Shown: piece after piece, positions 9,502 through 18,329 of the stretch | Numbering within the stretch: position 1 is the stretch's first letter | Layout of the letters: each line of letters starts with the position of its first letter | Notes under the pieces: generated by a model | What the model was told of the DNA's origin: nothing | The model's database searches: none | The model's input: the letters and a program-made list of their open reading frames with translations, nothing else | Translations under genes and position numbers: made by a program | Assembly: GCA_050942765.1 (NCBI GenBank) | Contig: JBMNNY010000002.1 | Location: forward strand, 1 to 37,728 | Direction of reading: 5' to 3' | Length of the DNA: 37,728 nucleotides | From: Bacillota bacterium | GTDB taxonomy: Bacteria; Bacillota; UBA4882

Positions 9502-11109
9502 CTATCCGGCTTTGTCGGCTTTTTTAGCCGATTCAACCCATTGATCCAGTGCTTTCAACTGCGCCACCAGTCCTTTCAGGGCATCAAGCGGCAAGTTTTC
9601 TTCTTCCTTGATCCACCGCTGGTGCAGTTGCTTCCAGGCCTGATCCACCTGAGCGTACAACTCGTCAATTTCGGCGTGTTTTACAAGAGCCGTGCCACTA
9701 CGGCGTACGCCAGCAGCACTGACTTCGAAGCTTTCATCCAATACCGGCACCAGACACTCTGTACCAATCTGTTCTTGGATTTTGGATGCCAATGAGTTAA
9801 TCGACTCTTCCTCACCATGTACCAGAAAAACGGCTTTCGGTTTGGATTCAACAGACCGAACCCATTCCAGCAACCCGTTGGCATCCGCATGGGCCGAAAA
9901 TCCATCAATAGACTTTATCGCCGCTTTCACAGCAATTTCTTCGTTGAAAACGCGAACCTCTTGATCACCTGCCTGCAGTCGGCGCCCAAGCGTACCTTCC
10001 GCCTGAAACCCGACAAACAGAACCGTGGCATCCGGACGCCAGAGATTGTGTTTCAGATGATGCAAAATGCGGCCGGCTTCACACATACCGCTGGCAGAAA
10101 TGATGATTGCCGTGCCTTCCATGGCATTTAATGCCTTGGATTCTTCCACGGTTCGCACCATACGCAGTTCGTTGAAGTCAAACGGACTCTTATTCATATT
10201 GAGAATTTCCCAGGTTTCCTGATCATAACATTCGGGATGGTTCCTGAAGATTTCGGTGGCTGACACCGCCATCGGGCTGTCGATAAAAACCGGTATTCTG
10301 GGAACCTTGTTATTCATATATAAGGTTTTAATATGATACAGTAGATCTTGCGTACGTCCAACTGCGAATGAGGGAATAATCAGTTTTGCGTTGCGGGCAG
10401 CGACATTTCTGATGGCTTCTGCCAGGAGCTCCAGGCGGGCAGCGCGTTCTTCATGCAATCTGTTGCCATAAGTCGATTCCAAAACGACGAAATCGGGATT
10501 GCCGCCGGTAGCCGGATCTTTAATGATCGGCTGGTTTTTCTGACCAAGGTCGCCAGAAAAACGGATCGTAAACGGAGTGCCGTCATCATCCGCTGCTGTG
10601 ATATCAATAAAGGCTGATCCTAAGATGTGACCGGCATCATGAAAGCAGACTTTCAGCGTTCCCAAATCAAATAGCTCTTCATAATCGACTGCCTCAAACT
10701 GACTCAGACAGCGCATGGCATCAGCAGCCGTATAAAGGGGCGGCAGCGCTTCTTCGCCAGCCCTGACCCGTTTACGGTTACGCCACTCCGATTCCAGTTC
10801 CTGAATATGACCGCTATCCGGTAGCATAATACTGGCCAGATCCTTTGTGGCTGCCGTGGTATAAATAGGGCCTTTAAACCCCTGATTACATAAACGAGGC
10901 AGTAATCCGCTGTGATCGATGTGCGCATGCGTCAGCAGTACGGCATCAATCTCAGCCGGGTTAAATGGAAAAGGATTATCGTTACGGCTGCGAATCTCTT
11001 TTCTGCCTTGAAACATTCCGCAGTCTACCAAGACATGCAAACCGCCGTCTTCAAGTAGAAAACAAGAACCTGTTACCGTTCTGGCTGCTCCGCAAAACGA
11101 GATTCGCAT
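9502..11109 (-). CDS. Metallo-beta-lactamase / beta-CASP ribonuclease family protein
   Basis: GAARTVTGS, DCGMFQG, THAHIDH, AGHILGS, ESTYG, SASGM, FSAHAD and VHGE motifs; GAGGGGG RBS before ATG 11109. Confidence 0.92.
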   Translation of the reverse strand: MRISFCGAARTVTGSCFLLEDGGLHVLVDCGMFQGRKEIRSRNDNPFPFNPAEIDAVLLTHAHIDHSGLLPRLCNQGFKGPIYTTAATKDLASIMLPDSGHIQELESEWRNRKRVRAGEEALPPLYTAADAMRCLSQFEAVDYEELFDLGTLKVCFHDAGHILGSAFIDITAADDDGTPFTIRFSGDLGQKNQPIIKDPATGGNPDFVVLESTYGNRLHEERAARLELLAEAIRNVAARNAKLIIPSFAVGRTQDLLYHIKTLYMNNKVPRIPVFIDSPMAVSATEIFRNHPECYDQETWEILNMNKSPFDFNELRMVRTVEESKALNAMEGTAIIISASGMCEAGRILHHLKHNLWRPDATVLFVGFQAEGTLGRRLQAGDQEVRVFNEEIAVKAAIKSIDGFSAHADANGLLEWVRSVESKPKAVFLVHGEEESINSLASKIQEQIGTECLVPVLDESFEVSAAGVRRSGTALVKHAEIDELYAQVDQAWKQLHQRWIKEEENLPLDALKGLVAQLKALDQWVESAKKADKAG

Positions 11110-11135
11110 CGCTAGACCCCCTCGAATATTATGAT

Positions 11136-11162
11136 ATTCTAGCATAATATGCCAGTTCCTTC
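11136..11162 (-). promoter_or_regulatory. sigma-H-like promoter (GAAGGA-N17-GAAT)
   Basis: Exact consensus match 27 nt upstream of the beta-CASP start. Confidence 0.6.
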
Positions 11163-11205
11163 TTAATCCGCGCGCATATTAAATGACACTTATGTTATAT
11201 GGCAC

Positions 11206-13386
11206 TTATGTCGCAGGAGCTTCGGTCACAGGTGCTTCTGCTTTCGGCACCAGATGGAACAGCCAGGAATCACAGGGTGCCAGCATTTCCTGTGGCCGAA
11301 AACATTGGTCAGCGGAAACTGTAGCCAAAAGGCAGTTAGTAAACCTGTCAAAGATCTGGATCTCCATGTCGCCTTCTGCTATGCCAAACCCGTACTGCAC
11401 CAGATCAAGTGCCACTTCTTCAGGAGCATTCCCTGTATTGATTACCAAAACAAGCAACCCTGCGCATTGCTCTGATTTAATGATCAAAGACTTAATTGCG
11501 GAAGTAGTCATCCATCCGGGACCAGGCGTGCAATGCGTACCTTGCGTGCAGTGCGCGCCATGCTGCTTTGGCGCATGCAGAAGATCGGTGAATATTTCTC
11601 TGAACTCGGCGTTGCTGATTAGCGCGTGATTTTCATCTTGTGCTTCAAAAATGACCACTTCGCCACCAAAGGCTGCCAAAGCAGCCGCTGTCTTTGGCGT
11701 AAACCGTTCCCATAGACTTGCTTGCCAGCGCAGCGCGCTTTTCCAAAAAACTCCGCCAGCAGGTGATCTCAGTATCAGATTACTGAGAGGTTGGAGTTCC
11801 GTGTCCGGCTTTTTGCGCAGAAACGGGAAAAGCGAGCGGTTCCTAGGCTGACTACTGTTGCCATTTTCGGCACCGATATCGACCGCATTGAGCAATCCGG
11901 CAGTTGGCCAAAACGGACAACCCCTGCCAATCAGGAATGCGAAAGGAAGAGCGCTGCGAATGGCACTCAATCCGGCATGAAAAGCTCCGATTCTGGTTTT
12001 TTGCGCATCATGCCGTTCACCAACTAAGGCTGCCAGATAGAGGCGATCCAGCACTACCGTATGATAGCCCCAATCCTCACTGATCCTGCGTGCTGCTACG
12101 GATAGATAGTCAACGACTTCGGGATTGGTGACATCCAAAGCCGCCAGCTTACGTCCATTGAGCTTCCCGGCAGGCACCATTTTGCCATTACATTGCAATG
12201 CCCATTGCGGTTTATTTTTAAGCATGGCACCATCGCGGTATGCTGCGAATGGCGACCACCACAGTGCCGGACGATAACCGGCGGCCTTTATCTCAACGGC
12301 GGCTTCTTTCAGCCAGACACCGGCGGCATCAGCTTCATAAGCGTCTTCATAGGCGTCCATGAAATCACCGATCAAATCAGCATCAAGAAAGATGGTGTCA
12401 CAAAAACCATACGATGCAGTGTCAGGAAGGCTGGCTTTAATACTGGCTTTAACGCTGTAACCTTCCGGACGGTCGGCAAAATGGGGACTGACATGTACCC
12501 GCAAGCCAGCGCGAGGAGATTCGCTCGCAGCGCACGTATCGCATTTATTCTGTTCTCTGCATGCCATAGCCCCGTCTTTGAGACTAAAAAGCTCTGACAC
12601 GAGCCGCTCTTCTTGTTTTCCCAATGTAATATAAAGCTCTTCCGATGACATTACTCCGCCAGCTTCCAGTGTGCGGCCTTCCGCATCAGACCGGGCTAAA
12701 AAGTCTTCGCTGCGATCAACACGGCGATAAAGAAAATATCCGGATTGATCTTTGGGATGTACGTAACCCAGTAATGCCTTTTCTTCGCCAGTACCGGCAC
12801 ATAACTCACAAATCCAGCTGCTGATAAATTGGTTCTGACCACCAAAGGGCTTAACTCCCGGATCAAACTGCAGATAGTGCTCATTGATCCCGGAGGCGTA
12901 AGAATCCCCTGGACGCCTTACCTTCGCCGGGCTGAGTGACTGAAAGCCCCAATCAAAAACTGCGCCGTTGGTGCCGCCATAGCCAGGCCAGAATGAAGCC
13001 TTACCACCGAGAGCTTCAATAATGTTGAATCCAAAAATCGTTAGAGGTTCAGTACCGTCATTCCTGACAGCCATTTTGAGGAAAATTCCCGGTACATCAG
13101 GGGAGGTGCGCAAGCGTAATGATAAAGCGGTTTTGGAATTACCGGCATATGTAATGGTGTAGCTGCAGCCAGTCGCTGACCATGCCAGTTTCCCTTCTGC
13201 ACGGCCGCAATCCTGAGGCCGAACAAGGCCATAGCCGCCTGCCAGAGAAAAGGTGGCACCTGCCAGCCATAGACGACCCTGATAACTGAAAGAAAGGCGG
13301 GCTTCCTCTGGCTGACATAGTATTTGCCAGCCATCACTGTCAAATCTCAATTGCTCAATATTCTGAGACTGTTCTATGTCGTTCAA
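11206..13386 (-). CDS. Glycoside hydrolase family 36 (alpha-galactosidase)-like protein, divergent
   Basis: GFQSLSP, AGYRPALWWSPF, LDVTNPEVVDYL, WGYHTVVLD and IGRGCP resemble Thermotoga-type GH36; TTG 13386 follows GGAGG. Confidence 0.65.
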   Translation of the reverse strand: MNDIEQSQNIEQLRFDSDGWQILCQPEEARLSFSYQGRLWLAGATFSLAGGYGLVRPQDCGRAEGKLAWSATGCSYTITYAGNSKTALSLRLRTSPDVPGIFLKMAVRNDGTEPLTIFGFNIIEALGGKASFWPGYGGTNGAVFDWGFQSLSPAKVRRPGDSYASGINEHYLQFDPGVKPFGGQNQFISSWICELCAGTGEEKALLGYVHPKDQSGYFLYRRVDRSEDFLARSDAEGRTLEAGGVMSSEELYITLGKQEERLVSELFSLKDGAMACREQNKCDTCAASESPRAGLRVHVSPHFADRPEGYSVKASIKASLPDTASYGFCDTIFLDADLIGDFMDAYEDAYEADAAGVWLKEAAVEIKAAGYRPALWWSPFAAYRDGAMLKNKPQWALQCNGKMVPAGKLNGRKLAALDVTNPEVVDYLSVAARRISEDWGYHTVVLDRLYLAALVGERHDAQKTRIGAFHAGLSAIRSALPFAFLIGRGCPFWPTAGLLNAVDIGAENGNSSQPRNRSLFPFLRKKPDTELQPLSNLILRSPAGGVFWKSALRWQASLWERFTPKTAAALAAFGGEVVIFEAQDENHALISNAEFREIFTDLLHAPKQHGAHCTQGTHCTPGPGWMTTSAIKSLIIKSEQCAGLLVLVINTGNAPEEVALDLVQYGFGIAEGDMEIQIFDRFTNCLLATVSADQCFRPQEMLAPCDSWLFHLVPKAEAPVTEAPAT

Positions 13387-13408
13387 GGAGGCACCTCCAC
13401 AATAAGAA

Positions 13409-13528
13409 GGACACAGAGGGACACAGGGGGACACAGGGGGACACAGGGGGACGGTTCTCCTGTGCTAATTTTCACGTGTCACGAATGACACAGGAGAACC
13501 GTCCCCCTGTGTCCCATCCCCCTGTGTC
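13409..13528. repeat. REP-like palindromic element: perfect 27-bp inverted repeat plus 10-nt tandem copies of its outer end
   Basis: GGGACACAGGGGGACGGTTCTCCTGTG (13438-13464) / CACAGGAGAACCGTCCCCCTGTGTCCC (13489-13515); ACACAGGGGG tandem units on the left. Confidence 0.9.
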
Positions 13529-14188
13529 CTATGGCAATTCTGCTTCTTCCAGGATGCTGTCGATCTGGTTATAGTTTTCATCAAATCTGACGACCGACAT
13601 GATGATCTTGCCTTTTTCCTTTTTCAACTCGGTGACTTCGCTATATTCGCCCGGCTTATACCATAATGCGCCCTGACCCGTGCGGGCGTCCACCAGGTAT
13701 ACATCTCCGCCCGGGCTGGTTGTTCCAAATGCATAGCCGAGGATTGTCAGGAAACGGTCGTCATCAACCCATAAAAACTTCTTCGGAGTCAGATTCCCCT
13801 CCAAAGCCAACTGGAGCTGCCAGCGCGATGCTTCCTTGACGTCCTCGATGTAGACATCAGCAAACGACTCAAACTCAATGGGACTTAAGAAGGCGTTCAT
13901 GCGTTTTCCCGGCGAAGCATAGGTTTCCGAAGCCAGCTCCGTCAGTTCTTTTAATTCGACTGGATCCATCTTAATTGGGTTCCAGGCGTTTTTTCTGAAA
14001 ATAGTCTTAAACTGCAAATCCGTTTCAGTAGCCGCGACATTGGTGTTAATGGCAGGTGTCGGTTGATCTGCCTCTTGATCGGCCTGCTCTTTGCCAAAAA
14101 ACGAATGGAAATCAAAGCTGAGTCCGATCCATACGATCAAGCCAGCAACTGCTGCCACAATTACCAGGATCAAAAAAATCCGCCGCAT
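13529..14188 (-). CDS. Membrane-anchored protein, probably DUF4652 family
   Basis: N-terminal TM helix; TPKKFLWVDDDRFLTILGYAFGTTSPGGDVY recalls clostridial DUF4652 proteins. Confidence 0.6.
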   Translation of the reverse strand: MRRIFLILVIVAAVAGLIVWIGLSFDFHSFFGKEQADQEADQPTPAINTNVAATETDLQFKTIFRKNAWNPIKMDPVELKELTELASETYASPGKRMNAFLSPIEFESFADVYIEDVKEASRWQLQLALEGNLTPKKFLWVDDDRFLTILGYAFGTTSPGGDVYLVDARTGQGALWYKPGEYSEVTELKKEKGKIIMSVVRFDENYNQIDSILEEAELP

Positions 14189-14288
14189 TACCCTTCACTC
14201 CTGTTCCTCACTTCATAAACATTTATCCCGGCGCACAAATGCAGAAATGCCTCCGGCAATTCGATACTAAATCATACATTCTCATACA

Positions 14289-14315
14289 TTTCGACTGTTA
14301 AACTGTCATTCCTGC
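14289..14315 (-). promoter_or_regulatory. sigma-H-like promoter (GCAGGA-N17-GAAA)
   Basis: Consensus match upstream of the gene starting at 14188. Confidence 0.5.
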
Positions 14316-14346
14316 AGAATAGCCAGCTAATGCATACCTGACAATA

Positions 14347-15120
14347 TTAGTCATCCGGCGTATGCTTGAAACTAAATCTGACCGGCAGCTTCGGCATCAT
14401 CCGACGTACCATGTTTACGGTCTTCTCATATTGGTTACGCAAATATTCAGCCATCGGATATACTTGTGCCGGATTGGCAGTCCAGCTGCCGGTGGCGCTG
14501 CGGCTAAAAGCCGCTGTTAACGAAAGCTTGCCATCCACCACTAATATGAAAAAGCGGTCCCGCCGCAATTGTCCGCCCTTGCGTCCACGACGCCGGTGTA
14601 CATTTGGAAGGTTAACTTTCCCATCACCATAGGCAATGATTGAAAGGTGCACACCGGAGTCTGCCGCCCGCAACAGTTCTTCCTGCAGAGGTTCAATTTC
14701 TGAGAACCATGCCTGTAACAATATTTCTCGCTCCGCCTGGGCAATCATTGCCACTGCCCGGGCAAACACAGCTACATGACCTGACAGATTCCAGGAAGAA
14801 AAATCCTTGACGCTCTTGGTTTCAGCAAATTGAGCAACCAATGAATCCGCTAGCAGGGCCGCCTCCCTTTTCAACTGTGCAGACAACACCGGCACTGGAA
14901 CCGGCACATATGTCGTCGCCTCACCCTCCAGGACGGTAACTGCGCCCTTGGCTACCAGTCGCTCCAATGTTTCGTATATTTTCGAGCTTGGTATACCTGC
15001 GCGCCGGGCAATCTCATATCCCCCTGCCGGGTTTTTTCCGCCAAGCAAAGCAAGGTAAGCCTTAGATTCATAGGGACTGAATCCCAGTCCTTGCAGTATA
15101 TCGATCATCATTGTATCCAT
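14347..15120 (-). CDS. TrmB family transcriptional regulator
   Basis: LGFSPYESKAYLALL..GYEIARRAGIPSSKIYETLERL HTH plus PLD-like C-terminal domain; AGGAG RBS before ATG 15120. Confidence 0.9.
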   Translation of the reverse strand: MDTMMIDILQGLGFSPYESKAYLALLGGKNPAGGYEIARRAGIPSSKIYETLERLVAKGAVTVLEGEATTYVPVPVPVLSAQLKREAALLADSLVAQFAETKSVKDFSSWNLSGHVAVFARAVAMIAQAEREILLQAWFSEIEPLQEELLRAADSGVHLSIIAYGDGKVNLPNVHRRRGRKGGQLRRDRFFILVVDGKLSLTAAFSRSATGSWTANPAQVYPMAEYLRNQYEKTVNMVRRMMPKLPVRFSFKHTPDD

Positions 15121-15122
15121 CG

Positions 15123-15710
15123 TTATAGCTCCTGCCAGGAAATATAATCGGTTGGGGGCCTTAATATGCTTTCCGGCCATGCATCTTGCCAGTTTTCCTG
15201 CTTGAGGGCATGGACAAATTCTTCTGGTAAGTCATCATAAAGTCCGGGATATTGCGCAATATAGAAGTCCTGCTCAGGGAGAAGTGTGCCTCTGACGCTG
15301 TCGAAGGGAACTACATAACGGGTACCGCCTCTGGGATCCAGACGCACCCATTGATCATTTAAGTAACATGCGCATAAACAATGCATCATCAACTTGTCCG
15401 CCGTGCGAGCACCTCTGATCCCCTGAAAGGCAAATCCGGTCGGTATTCCCACCGCACGGCATAAGGCAGCAAACAGTAACGCCTTTGCTGCACAAATACC
15501 TTCCCGCCGGTCTAATATTGCGGATGCCGGATAGGCAATTACCGGGCTAAAGCGGATTTCATCCCGAACAAAGTTGAAAAGCGCACGGGCCTTTTCTACC
15601 GATCCGCTGCAATTGGCAGTGAGCCGGGCGGCCCTTAGCCAAAGCGAGGGATGATTACAGTTGATGGATTCTGTGGCACGGAGATAATGTTGCAGCGCAC
15701 TATCAAGCAC
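15123..15710 (-). CDS. Transglutaminase-like cysteine protease family protein
   Basis: LFNFVRDEI, GICAAKA (Cys), MHCL (His), WVRLDPRG (Asp); GTG 15710 follows GGAGG. Confidence 0.85.
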   Translation of the reverse strand: MLDSALQHYLRATESINCNHPSLWLRAARLTANCSGSVEKARALFNFVRDEIRFSPVIAYPASAILDRREGICAAKALLFAALCRAVGIPTGFAFQGIRGARTADKLMMHCLCACYLNDQWVRLDPRGGTRYVVPFDSVRGTLLPEQDFYIAQYPGLYDDLPEEFVHALKQENWQDAWPESILRPPTDYISWQEL

Positions 15711-15735
15711 ATTGGTCACCTCCCCGGACAATACC

Positions 15736-15765
15736 ATCATATAACATTTTGGGAAGCGTGGTCAA
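15736..15765 (-). promoter_or_regulatory. sigma-A-like promoter of the transglutaminase-trmB pair
   Basis: TTGACC-N18-TATGAT on the minus strand. Confidence 0.5.
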
Positions 15766-15773
15766 TGAGCGCC

Positions 15774-15800
15774 AAAAAGGAGGGCTTACACAGCCCTCCT
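15774..15800 (-). terminator. Intrinsic terminator after the SPOCS gene
   Basis: AGGAGGGCT-gtgta-AGCCCTCCT followed by TTTT. Confidence 0.8.
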
Positions 15801-15819
15801 AACCCTCCTGTAAATGTCA

Positions 15820-16362
15820 TTATCTGTGTACCGCGGTTGAGAAAAATCCCATTTCCTTAGGACCTGATCTGACATGAAATGTATTTGAACTCATGGTTGT
15901 AAAAACTCCACTGGGAGTCATACTGGTCTGGACATTGCCGCCATTGTTACCATTTCCGAAGAACGTCACCGACTGCGGCTGCACCGGTACTATGATTCCT
16001 GACTGTCCATTAAGTGTTTCAACAAAAATGCGCACTACGACTCTTTGGATCAAAGTGATGGGATCAATCAAATCAAAGTCCACGAACTCTATCACAGCAT
16101 CGATTCGACAGGCAGAGCCAGCCACTGCGCCTGGTACATCCACAAAGCCTGCAAATCTGACATCTTCAGCCTGATGCGCCACTAATCCGTCTTCGCGAAC
16201 AAAAAAGATTTGCTTGTGCAATACGCCCTGAAATATCACCTTGTCGGCAATTACCGTACAGGTGAGATCTCTTACCATCGCACGAATTTCATCTATTTTA
16301 ACAGCCGGCTGTTCGAGCTCAACTGTGCTTTCAACCAAGACTTGAACGCTTGCTTCCGGCAA
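15820..16362 (-). CDS. SPOCS / DUF3794 domain spore coat protein
   Basis: PAVKI...VIADKVIFQGVLHKQIFFV..F.GFVDVPGA pattern of DUF3794. Confidence 0.8.
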   Translation of the reverse strand: MPEASVQVLVESTVELEQPAVKIDEIRAMVRDLTCTVIADKVIFQGVLHKQIFFVREDGLVAHQAEDVRFAGFVDVPGAVAGSACRIDAVIEFVDFDLIDPITLIQRVVVRIFVETLNGQSGIIVPVQPQSVTFFGNGNNGGNVQTSMTPSGVFTTMSSNTFHVRSGPKEMGFFSTAVHR

Positions 16363-16457
16363 GTGCTTTCACCACCTTTAACAGCCATTCTAAGGCTCCA
16401 TCTGTTCTATGATATTCGCCCCCAAAGGGCCACGCCTCAGGCGAAAGGCACATCCAT

Positions 16458-16485
16458 GCAGGAAATACCATGCTTTTAGCAGAAT
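16458..16485 (+). promoter_or_regulatory. sigma-H-like promoter (GCAGGA-N18-GAAT)
   Basis: Consensus match 33 nt upstream of the OsmC-family ATG. Confidence 0.6.
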
Positions 16486-16518
16486 GTTTTTCGAAAATAT
16501 ATGTTTAGGAGGATTATA

Positions 16519-16947
16519 ATGAAAGCGTCAGTCAAGTGGGTTGAAGACTGGACTTTTATTGGACGTTCCCAATCCGGTCATTCGATTGTCTTAGGGGGGC
16601 GTCCAAGTCCTGAAGCTAAAGATGCCGGTGCCCCTTCGCCGATGGAACTGGTTCTGCTGGCATTGGGTGGATGTACTGCTATTGATGTAGTCAGCATTTT
16701 GGAGAAGAAACGCCAGCCAATTAAGGGGTTCGAGATAAATATTGACAGTGAGCGGGCCGAAGACTATCCGCGTGTCTTTTCGCACGTTGATTTGGAGTAT
16801 GTCTTATATGGCGACCTTGATCCAAAAGCTGTTGAAGACGCTGTGCAGCTGTCCATGGAGAAATACTGCTCTGTTTCAGCAATGGTAGAGGCCAAAGCCA
16901 AGATTTCCTATCATATCCGCATTGAAAAGGAGCAAGAAGCCCAATAA
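16519..16947 (+). CDS. OsmC family protein (YhfA-type)
   Basis: SPMELVLLALGGCTAIDVV, RAEDYPRVF and LSMEKYCSV motifs; AGGAGG RBS. Confidence 0.9.
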   Translation: MKASVKWVEDWTFIGRSQSGHSIVLGGRPSPEAKDAGAPSPMELVLLALGGCTAIDVVSILEKKRQPIKGFEINIDSERAEDYPRVFSHVDLEYVLYGDLDPKAVEDAVQLSMEKYCSVSAMVEAKAKISYHIRIEKEQEAQ

Positions 16948-16976
16948 AAAAACAGGGACAATCCCTGTTATTAAAA
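16946..16976. terminator. Hairpin between the convergent OsmC-family and tRNA genes
   Basis: AACAGGGA-caa-TCCCTGTT with an A-tract on the left (U-tract for the minus-strand transcript). Confidence 0.65.
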
Positions 16977-16978
16977 AA

Positions 16979-17055
16979 TGGTCGGGGCGAGAGGATTTGA
17001 ACCTCCGGCCTCTTGGTCCCGAACCAAGCGCTCTACCAAGCTGAGCCACGCCCCG
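16979..17055 (-). tRNA. tRNA-Pro, anticodon CGG
   Basis: CGGGGCG acceptor stem, GCTC D-stem, CTTGG-TTCGGGA-CCAAG anticodon arm, GGTTCAAATCC T-arm, encoded CCA; 77 nt. Confidence 0.97.
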
Positions 17056-17107
17056 ACAAAATGCTACATATTGAGTTAAAGGAATTCCCGTTTTTAGACA
17101 CAAATAT

Positions 17108-17136
17108 AGTATAGCAAAAAGCCACATGTGTGTCAA
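17108..17136 (-). promoter_or_regulatory. sigma-A promoter of tRNA-Pro
   Basis: TTGACA-N17-TATACT on the minus strand. Confidence 0.8.
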
Positions 17137-17239
17137 AAGGTATCTATTAGTTTTTTCCCTTGATTTTACCTTGATCTGATTTTGCCATATTTTAATTTTA
17201 AAGGTTAGGCTGAATTGGAGAGATGAAAGGGGCAGTGCA

Positions 17240-17938
17240 GTGAACACGGTTAGTATATCAATGGCCTTTTTGGCCGGTTTGGCTTCTTTCTTTTCACCAT
17301 GCGTCCTGCCGCTGGTGCCGGTTTACTTTGGAGTCCTTACCGGAACCTCGCTGACCGAGCTATTTGAGAATCCTGGTCAGGCCAAGTTACTGCCTCGTGC
17401 GATCGCTTTTGTGACTGGCTTCAGTGTCGTCTTTATCACCTTAGGAATGTCCGCCAGTCTGCTCGGAAGCCTCCTCTTGTCCTATCGCCGTTACCTGGAG
17501 ATTGGCGCTGGCGTTTTGGCGATTATCTTCGGTTTGCACTTCACCGGGATTGTCCAGATACCTTTACTCAACAGACAGCATCATGCAGCCCAATCCTCAC
17601 CAGCGCACACCGGTATCTGGCCATCCTTTTTGCTGGGCATGGCGTTTTCGCTGGGCTGGACTCCCTGCGTTGGTCCTGCTCTTGGTACCATTCTGGGAAT
17701 GGCCAGTACTACTGGCACAGCACTGAGTGGTTTTTTGCTTTTAATCTGCTATTCTCTTGGTCTGGGTGTGCCTTTTATATTGGCAGCGGCATTTATCAGA
17801 TACCTCTTCCCCAAATGGAGCAAAATTGCGCGCTATGCCCGGATTGCTCAGTTTGCTGGAGGCATTCTCATGATTATTGCCGGTCTGCTGCTAATAACCG
17901 GATACTTTACTCGCCTTTCCGGTCTCTTGGGAGGTTAA
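17240..17938 (+). CDS. ccdA: CcdA-type thiol-disulfide transmembrane electron transporter (cytochrome c biogenesis)
   Basis: AFLAGLASFFSPCVLPLVP and FSLGWTPCVGP motifs, YSLGLGVPF, about 6 TM helices. Confidence 0.92.
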   Translation: MNTVSISMAFLAGLASFFSPCVLPLVPVYFGVLTGTSLTELFENPGQAKLLPRAIAFVTGFSVVFITLGMSASLLGSLLLSYRRYLEIGAGVLAIIFGLHFTGIVQIPLLNRQHHAAQSSPAHTGIWPSFLLGMAFSLGWTPCVGPALGTILGMASTTGTALSGFLLLICYSLGLGVPFILAAAFIRYLFPKWSKIARYARIAQFAGGILMIIAGLLLITGYFTRLSGLLGG

Positions 17939-17957
17939 TCTTTTACTTCAGCGGCGG

Positions 17958-17985
17958 CAAGGATTCAACCGTCATGCTGCCGAAT
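17958..17985 (+). promoter_or_regulatory. sigma-H-like promoter (CAAGGA-N18-GAAT) upstream of the riboswitch
   Basis: Consensus match about 20 nt before the riboswitch P1. Confidence 0.5.
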
Positions 17986-18006
17986 AGCCTCATAACTGAA
18001 TAAAAT

Positions 18007-18207
18007 CCTTCGAGCTCAACGCCCTAAAGCAGCTGCGACGTGCGACTTTACGCATGTTGCGCAGATGACACCGGTTGCGCAGATGGCGCAGGTTACCCAG
18101 GTAGCCTTAGGTAGCCTCAGGTTGCCTCAGGCCGCCCGCAGATTGCCATGGGTCTGAGCCGCCAGGGTATATGCGGAAACGCCTATGCCTCCCTTTTGGA
18201 AAGAAGG
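18007..18207 (+). ncRNA. Moco-RNA-class riboswitch candidate, P3-less tungsten-cofactor type
   Basis: P1 CCTTC/GAAGG; P2 GCTCA..CCCTAA / ATGGG..TGAGC (tetraloop-receptor-like); AGGGTATATGCG-GAAA-CGCCTATGCCTCCC; 3' TTTGGAAAG; upstream of tupA. Confidence 0.8.
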
Positions 18208-18329
18208 TGATACTGAAGCTGCCTTGTAGATGCAGGTGATTTTGCAGATGCGGGACAAGCGTATTAACAATGCCTGCGAAACCAACGATGCCCGGTAATA
18301 AAATTTAAGGATTTAAGGAGATTTGATGC

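Noticed and set aside
13387-13434. N-terminal extension MSPCVPLCPSYC of the GH36-like ORF
   Set aside because: Derived from the REP-like repeat; TTG 13386 has a proper GGAGG RBS
13409-13528. Possible CRISPR array
   Set aside because: Repeats are contiguous 10-mers plus one inverted pair; no unique spacers and no cas genes
16876-17247. 123-aa minus-strand ORF
   Set aside because: Overlaps tRNA-Pro and its promoter
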